This document shows positions 57,314 through 64,000 of a stretch of DNA of 64,000 bases, one piece after another. Both the position numbers and the translations under genes were made by a program. The notes under the pieces are model-generated. The model ran no database searches. It was not told the origin of the DNA and saw only the letters and a program-made list of their open reading frames with translations. The stretch is from the human T2T-CHM13v2.0 reference genome, Homo sapiens, in NCBI RefSeq assembly GCF_009914755.1, contig NC_060936.1. One strand, 5' to 3'. Within the stretch, counting starts at the first letter, position 1, and each line of letters begins with the position of its first letter.

Positions 57314-60300
57314 GTTCCCATCTAGAAAGTTATCAAGTCATGGAACATCCCATTTATAACTCATTAGAAGATGACAGAGATATTGGACAATCTGAAAATT
57401 ATCATTAAATACTTGAACTGGTTGAGATGGTTCTCTGAAGCCATTGTTACTTATTACCCTTTTTGTTTTGCCCAACGTTGTAGATTTTCTGAAAGTCTTA
57501 TTTCATCAAGCCCAAATTTTAAGGAACTGGTCCGTAATAGGGATTAGTGAGAGTATCTAGTTATCTTGAATGGTAAGCATGTTAGACCACAGCAATTTTC
57601 ACGGAACCCTAAGGTGCTGTGGGAGGTTGTAGAGGGCTGGAGGAACTACTACCACAACGTGGTAGTCCCTTTGAACTTGCAGAAGGCCTTGGTTCTGAGC
57701 AATAAGAGTGACTATGTCTGCTAAGACCCAGGTGCTAGATCAGGTGAGTTCAGCTGACTACTTTATTTCACTACAGAGAAGAAGGTCCCCTTCCTCTTTG
57801 TTGCAAATTTACATAGGCTTTAGTGAATAGGAGAGGGGTAAAGTGGAGACTTGAAGAAAGTCTAAGCAGTGCTGGTGGCAGAATTTCTTGGAGAGAGGAT
57901 ATGGGATACATGGCTCTTCAGTGACTTATTTTACAAATATTTATGTGACAGGCTCTTTTCTAGAAGCTAAGAAAAAACAAGCTGAAGTCTCTGCCCTCAA
58001 GTGGCTAACACTTTTAAGTGGAAAAGGCTGAGGAGAATGAATAAAGGTCATGAATAAAGAACTCCATTAGTCTCTTGATATCTTGACAAGCTTTCTAATA
58101 TAAAGCCCAGCAGAGGGTGGTTATTCATTTGTACAGTAGTGGCACTAGGTCAAGTGTGCACCCAAGTTGCCTGAACAAGGGCATGATCCATGAAACTACA
58201 TGATGTCCCTGAATTTATCAGTCTTTACCTGAAGGTAGGAGGGAGCCAGTCTTAAATCAATTGAAACAAAAACATCTCCTTTTTCCAAGGGATTCAACAT
58301 GGATATGGGAAGCAGGGGTAGAGTGTTGGACAGAGCCAGAGTGGAGGCGCATGGTGCCAGAAAGCCAATATCGTCACTGTGTCCAAGAGTCGTAATACGT
58401 GTCCAGCATGAAAGATCAGAATTGGAAGTAAAAATCAAGAGTGGAGCTGTGGAGTACCCAGTGGGGGTTGTGAAGGAAGACGACAATAAAGATTTGTGTG
58501 TGGAAATGAATACACTGGGGTATATTCTGGATGAATGCCAGAGACAAAAGCAAATAGCCAAGGCTAATTTTTATATGCTTTTAGTACATTCTTACTTGGG
58601 CAGGGAGGATCCCTGTAAGGCGGCCAAAATGGAGCACATATTTTCTGACATATATACTAGAAATAAAAGCAAGCAGAAGTATGGTAGCAGAATATAAAAC
58701 AGTATTCAGTTACTGCACTGAGAGATCAAATGAATGTATATTTATTGAATAATTAATATATTCCTTGACTGTACTAAGTGCTTTAGTTCATTTTAATCCT
58801 TCAGCTAATATGGAAGCTTAGAACTACTATAATCTCTGTATTAGTTACAGTAACACCAGGTACTATAAAAGTAGACTTAAAATGAAAATTGGCTTAAATA
58901 CAATAGAAGCTTATTTCTCACTCGTGTATCAATATAAGGCAGAGTTTCTGATCAGCAGACAGCTCATCTATCCTTTGGTCCCATCATCCTCCAAGTCCTT
59001 ATAATTATTCTCTGCATCTAGGCAACAGAAGGGAAAAGAAGAAGAAAACAAGACACATCTATTTCTTACAAGCCTGGCCCAGAAATGACACACATGATTT
59101 TCACAAACATTTCTTTGGTGATAACTAGGCACTCAACACACCTTGATGTAAGAAGGGCTGAGAAAATAGTGTGCCTTCCTGGAGACATATCCATTCTCTG
59201 GAAAAGGGAGCACAGACTTCTGTCTTCAGCGAGCTCTCTGCACAGCCTGCCCCTCTAGCACTACATATGTGTTCACCCTTCTTTGCACCCAAAAGACACA
59301 CTCACTCCTCCTTAAGGGAATTAAGCATAAGTACCATCTGCTTTCTGCAACCAGATCAAACTCTATGATCTCTTGATGATTATTGTCCTCCTCACTCAGG
59401 CCAAAAGTTCTTCTTTTGGTCTGGCCACAAATTAACTGAAAAAGAAAATATGGAATGATAGAGCAGGGACAGATCCATTCAGATGAAGAAGGAATGGGAA
59501 ATACATAGCTGACGCAGCACAACAGCAGGGATGAAATCCTACTGAGAAGGTCTTGTCAAGAATATGTACCTTGGAAATGAGGGAAGTTCCTTAATTAGAC
59601 CCCAGTTCTGCTCTCCAGGAGGAACTCCCATGTTCACCTTTGGATCTCTTCTAGGCTTTTTCTCTGCTTCTTACCTTCCAGGGCCACATCTGAAATAACT
59701 GCTGGGGAATATGCCATTCTTGGGGGCTGTTCAGCTTTCATGGCCCTCTTCCTGTTCATGCAATTAAGGGGTCTGACTTTTTTTTAATCTCAAACAATCA
59801 GTTTCGGGTCAGGGGTATCATCTCTTTAGATATGCGTTAGCTCTAAGTTTTACTGTGTTAATAAATAATACTGAAATATCAGTGGCTTACAAAATAAAGG
59901 CTTAAATTCTTGCTCTCACTAAATAGCTGTAGCTTGTCAGCATTTTGTTCTAGGTGACTTCTTCATTCTAGGATCGAGACTGAAAGATCAGCTCCTGTTG
60001 GAATTAGCATAGCCATGTAATGGCTTCCAGGATGTATGAAAGAACAGGGTGATATTTATTGCTGCTTCTTGCAGTCCATTGGCAAAAGTCTGATATCAGT
60101 GGAGCAGGGAAGTAGATTCTTCCTCAAGGAAACATTGCAAATCTTAAGGCAGTGGATAGAGGTTTAAAAGGGGGGGATAATAATACAACCTACCTTTGAC
60201 AATACAGGTCTCTCAGAAACTTAGACCTTAGTTTATTTGCTTCCAGCTATTTCCATGTGTAATCACACCTGAGTTCTTTCCTATAGATAGCTTTCAATTC

Positions 60301-60478
60301 CACTTTGTTTCTTTGCTCTCTTTCCCATAGGCATTTATCTCCCAATTTAATGAGACTCTCAAAAGCCACAGGTTAAGGTGAGAGGGCAACACTCTCAATT
60401 GTACCTTTGCTCTAGGGTTGAATCACTTTATTTGAGGAGTCTCACGACTGGACTTTTGTCATTCAAGGCCTCCTTGAA

Positions 60479-60779
60479 TTTTTTTTTATTTAGTTTTTTG
60501 ACAAGGTCTCACTCTGTCACCCAGGTTGGAGTGCAGTGGCTTGATCAAGGCTCACCGCAGCTTTGATCTCCTGGGCTCAAACAATCCTCCCATCTCAGCC
60601 TCTCGAGTAGCTGGGACTAAAAGCACTCACCACCATGCCTGACTAATTTTTTTATTTTTTGTAGACATGGGGTCTCACTATGCTGCCCAGGCTGGCTTTG
60701 AACTCTTGGACTCAAGCTACCCTCCTGCCTCAGCCTCCCAAAGTGCTGGGATTACAGGTATGAGCCACAATGCCCAGGT
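60479..60779 (-). mobile_element. AluJ
   Basis: Antisense Alu. Confidence 0.9.
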
Positions 60780-61396
60780 TATTTCCTGTTGCTTAAAGTC
60801 CAGAAGCATTCTTCAACACTGAAAAGCTTTACATTTCTGGACTCTTTCCATTCCCTTTTATTTCTTGCTCTCTAATCGACAATCTTTTCCTGAGCTCATC
60901 ACTTTCTTGCAATATCTTACTAAATGCAGCAGCCAAGCAATTGCTGACACACACTAATATTCTGGCTTTTTTCAAACTTCTTTCTCCCCAGATCCCCCAC
61001 ACCAAGTGTTACAGACCCAGTAGGCATTTCATCTTCCTTCCAAGAGATTGCAGATGATGGTTTTGCTAAATGTTTTGTCATTTCATATCTCTGTTATTCT
61101 AGCATTAGATATATTTCCTTAGTGCCTACAATCCTCCCTGTACGCCAGCACCATATATTTTAGTTTTAACATAATGGCGGCATCACACTTCAACTTGTTA
61201 GATGGGATGACACTAGGTGCTGCAACAAATAGCTTTTCTTTTAAGAAACATATATTAACTCAAACTAAATAGAAATGTATTTATCATGCAAGTAGCTATC
61301 CAAAGTGGATTTCCTGTTTGTCAGGAGACTCTCTTCCATGCAATGATATAGATATTTTGCTTCCTTCAATATGGTGCCTCCATCATCCTTTACTGC

Positions 61397-61617
61397 ATAG
61401 GTTGGCAAATTATAGCTTGTGGCCAAATCTGGCCTGTGGCCTATTTTCGTGAAAAAAATCTTATGGGAACATAGCTATGGCCACTAATTTATGTATGATC
61501 TATGCTGCTATTGCATTACAATGGTAGATTTGAATAGCTGCAACAGAGATATTATGAGCTGCAAAGCCTGAACTATTTACTACTTGGCCTTTTACAGAAA
61601 AAGTTTGGAGACATCTG
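61397..61617. mobile_element. MER58A-like hAT MITE
   Basis: 'ggttggcaaattatagcttgtggccaaatctggcc' ... 'ggcctttacagaaaaagtttg'. Confidence 0.85.
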
Positions 61618-62830
61618 CCCTAGGATCAAATTATCATTTGAATTTAGTTGGGAAAAGGAGAAAGAGAACCTGGAGAAGGTGCAATGCTCTTTAAAGCCCT
61701 GGCCCGTAAGTATCACACAGACTTGCATGCAAATTCCTCTCTCACATGGCCTCACCTAGATGCAAGTGGGGTGAGAAATGCAGTCTGTTGCCAGGCAGGC
61801 ACTTTGCTACTTTTCAACAACAACTCTATATTATGCAAAGGGGAGTAAGAATTTGGGTGGACAGCTATTCATCTCTGTCATAATGCCCATCTTGTAGATT
61901 TTTTTTTAAGTTAGGCTTTTAAGCGTTAGTAACTTGATTAATGACTTTAAGACCTGTTTGAAGATATTATATCAAAATGGTTAACAATTCAGTCTCAAGA
62001 ATCATAAAGACCTGGGTCTTTATGATTAAGAAAGACCTTAAGAGTAAATGCTCAATAAATGTTATTAATATATTCTTCCCTCTGCAATACAGTAGAAGCT
62101 CTTGCTAGACAGGTAAAAATTTACCTTCCTTGTCTGTAGCTTGGAAGTTGCAAAACACTGGGCTAGAAGGTCCTTAAGATCTTTCCACCTCAGAAATACT
62201 TACTTCATTCTCTGTCTTTCACTTGGTCCCTCCTGTGTACCTGAAACTGTGCATGGTAGTAGAGTTACAGAGAAGAATGAGGCAATGAGGCCATATGAGG
62301 CCATATTCCAGCCGTCGACGAAGTGGCCCAAAGAGGAAAACAGACATGGCATCAATGCCTAACCTTAATACCTGGGAGTGGAAACACTGACCTAGAAATA
62401 TTCACAGAGAGCTGTGAGCCATGGTAATTCTTCCCTGTCTGACAAACTTCAACCTGAACTGCTAAGCACCTAGACCCTGCTGGGCATACCTGTTAACTTC
62501 TCCCATCAGTTGAGTCTTTAAAATACATTATTTGTGCGTTCGTTTAAATATGTTTGATCTTTGACTCTGGACTTCCTCTTCGTTTAAAGTCTTTGCCATA
62601 GGAAACTCTCTTTCTCCCTATATTTATTTTCCATGCTTACACCATACCCCTCTTACAACTTTGTTCTTATTTTTAAAAGAAATTAAAAGTGATTGACAAT
62701 TGATGTTTTATTCCAGGAAGTTTCTGAACACCTCAAATCCTGCTACAAATGTGTGAAAAACTTTTTAAAAAATGAATACCTCAAATCCTTTGTATTTCAT
62801 TACTCTTCTTCCCTTCACTAGGCCCTATAC

Positions 62831-63865
62831 TAGAGTTTCAAAAACTGGTGTGTGGAACTCTGGAACTGCACAAGGGTGTTCTGCAGAATTTTGATTTTTG
62901 GCAAAAGCTTTTTAACTTTACGTTTTTATTTCATTGATAAACTTAAAAATTAATGTAAATGTATTCCGGCTTATCAGATTTATTACCTTATAATTGATTA
63001 TGCATTGTAATCCTAATGCCTGAGCTTGTGTTTATATTTATGATTGTGTTTGCATCAAATGACATTGTGGAGCGCTGAGTGGCCAAAGGTTTCAAAGTTA
63101 TAAGAACAGAGGAAAGTAGTGGAAGAATTGGGTCATCACATGGAATATGATGGTGTAGGCATTCAGACTTAAAAAAGGAGAAGGCAACCTATCTGTTGTA
63201 TCTGGTATCATCCTTATTTTGCAAGTGGGTCTACTGTTCAGATACTAAGTAGGAATAATTCATTAACAATAAGTATACTATGAAGTATTCATTATTTTAA
63301 TAATTAAATTAAATACCCATACACATATTTTAAAGGCCACAATGTCAATTTTGTAAATTATTTCTAAACAATTTACAAAGTTGACACTTCAAGAAAATTA
63401 CTCTAGAATCAATATTCACTGGAAGACTTTCGATTCTATTGGAAAGCCATTTATTCTGAACTAGTAAACAAAATCATACTTAGGGGAACACATTCCTTTC
63501 CTACATTACTGTTATCAAAATGAAACTATAAAAACTATTTATAGACCTTGACCTGAGGCTGCATCCTTATGTATTAAACCCAACATCAGTAATGTAGTTC
63601 CAGTAAACATCATGTATCACATTAAATTAATGCTGTTAATTTGAATTTTAATGGTGTTGCAGTGTTGTTAGTATTTAATTTGTAAATTTGCTTTTTAGTT
63701 GGATAGAAGCATATACTTCTTTTACATTCAAATAAAATATGTGCATATTTATTTTATATTATAATAAAATGATGTAAGACTACACAGGTCAGGGAGCAGA
63801 AATCTCTGTGAGAGTGCCTTTACTTAAAAATGAGAATATGCATTATTTAAGCTGTAGAAATACTG
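62831..63865 (+). mobile_element. Charlie-type hAT DNA transposon, internally deleted
   Basis: TIR-like 'tagagtttcaaaaactg' and 'aagctgtagaaatactg'; 63513-63627 degenerately encodes the hAT transposase C-terminus (IK.K...L..DLRL..../IKPNI...HVSH*). Confidence 0.6.
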
Positions 63866-64000
63866 CATGAAACAGCTATCACTCACAAGAGCTCAGAAGT
63901 TCTAGTCTTTGAATTAGCACGGACTGCTAATGAAGACTTGATGTACTCAAGAAAAAATGGGCAAAATAAGGACAATGAAGTAAGTTTGGATGCTACTAAA

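Larger units (their letters stand above)
58837..61882 (-). mobile_element. MaLR provirus (MLT1J-like): LTR - internal - LTR
   Basis: LTRs at 58837-59243 and 61196-61882 share motifs ('aatagaagcttattt'/'aatagaaatgtattt', 'catcatcct', 'agcctggccc'/'agccctggccc'); PPT-like 'gcctgcccctctag' next to the 3' LTR; MLT1-int start-like sequence at 61148-61195; nested LTR ~59830-60195, AluJ and MER58. Confidence 0.65.

Noticed and set aside
57648-57666. 8-bp hairpin actaccac-aac-gtggtagt
   Set aside because: Stems this short are expected by chance in 64 kb.

Overview
Hominoid (most likely human) nuclear DNA: AT-rich, CpG-poor, intergenic or deep intronic. Most of it is interspersed repeat: about 28 Alu copies or fragments, L1 from L1PA2 to L1M, L2, MIR, CR1/L3, MaLR/ERV LTRs, and hAT and Tigger DNA transposons. 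I found no credible protein-coding exon, RNA gene, CpG island or CRISPR array, and nearly all listed ORFs are chance frames in repeats. The only gene-derived sequence is a decayed RAB11A-like processed pseudogene (minus strand, ~26850-27660). I cannot support a new functional biological system. The best leads are structural: (1) a solo ERV1 LTR with one clipped end, flanked by a ~210-bp direct duplication instead of a 4-6-bp TSD; (2) an ancient RTE-clade reverse-transcriptase remnant that holds one frame for ~110 codons; (3) a TSD-bounded L1MA with both ends but most of ORF2 missing; (4) two twin-primed L1 insertions; (5) a two-LTR MaLR provirus; (6) several template-switch scars. Repeat subfamily names come from recalled consensus sequences, not a search, and coordinates of old repeats are approximate.
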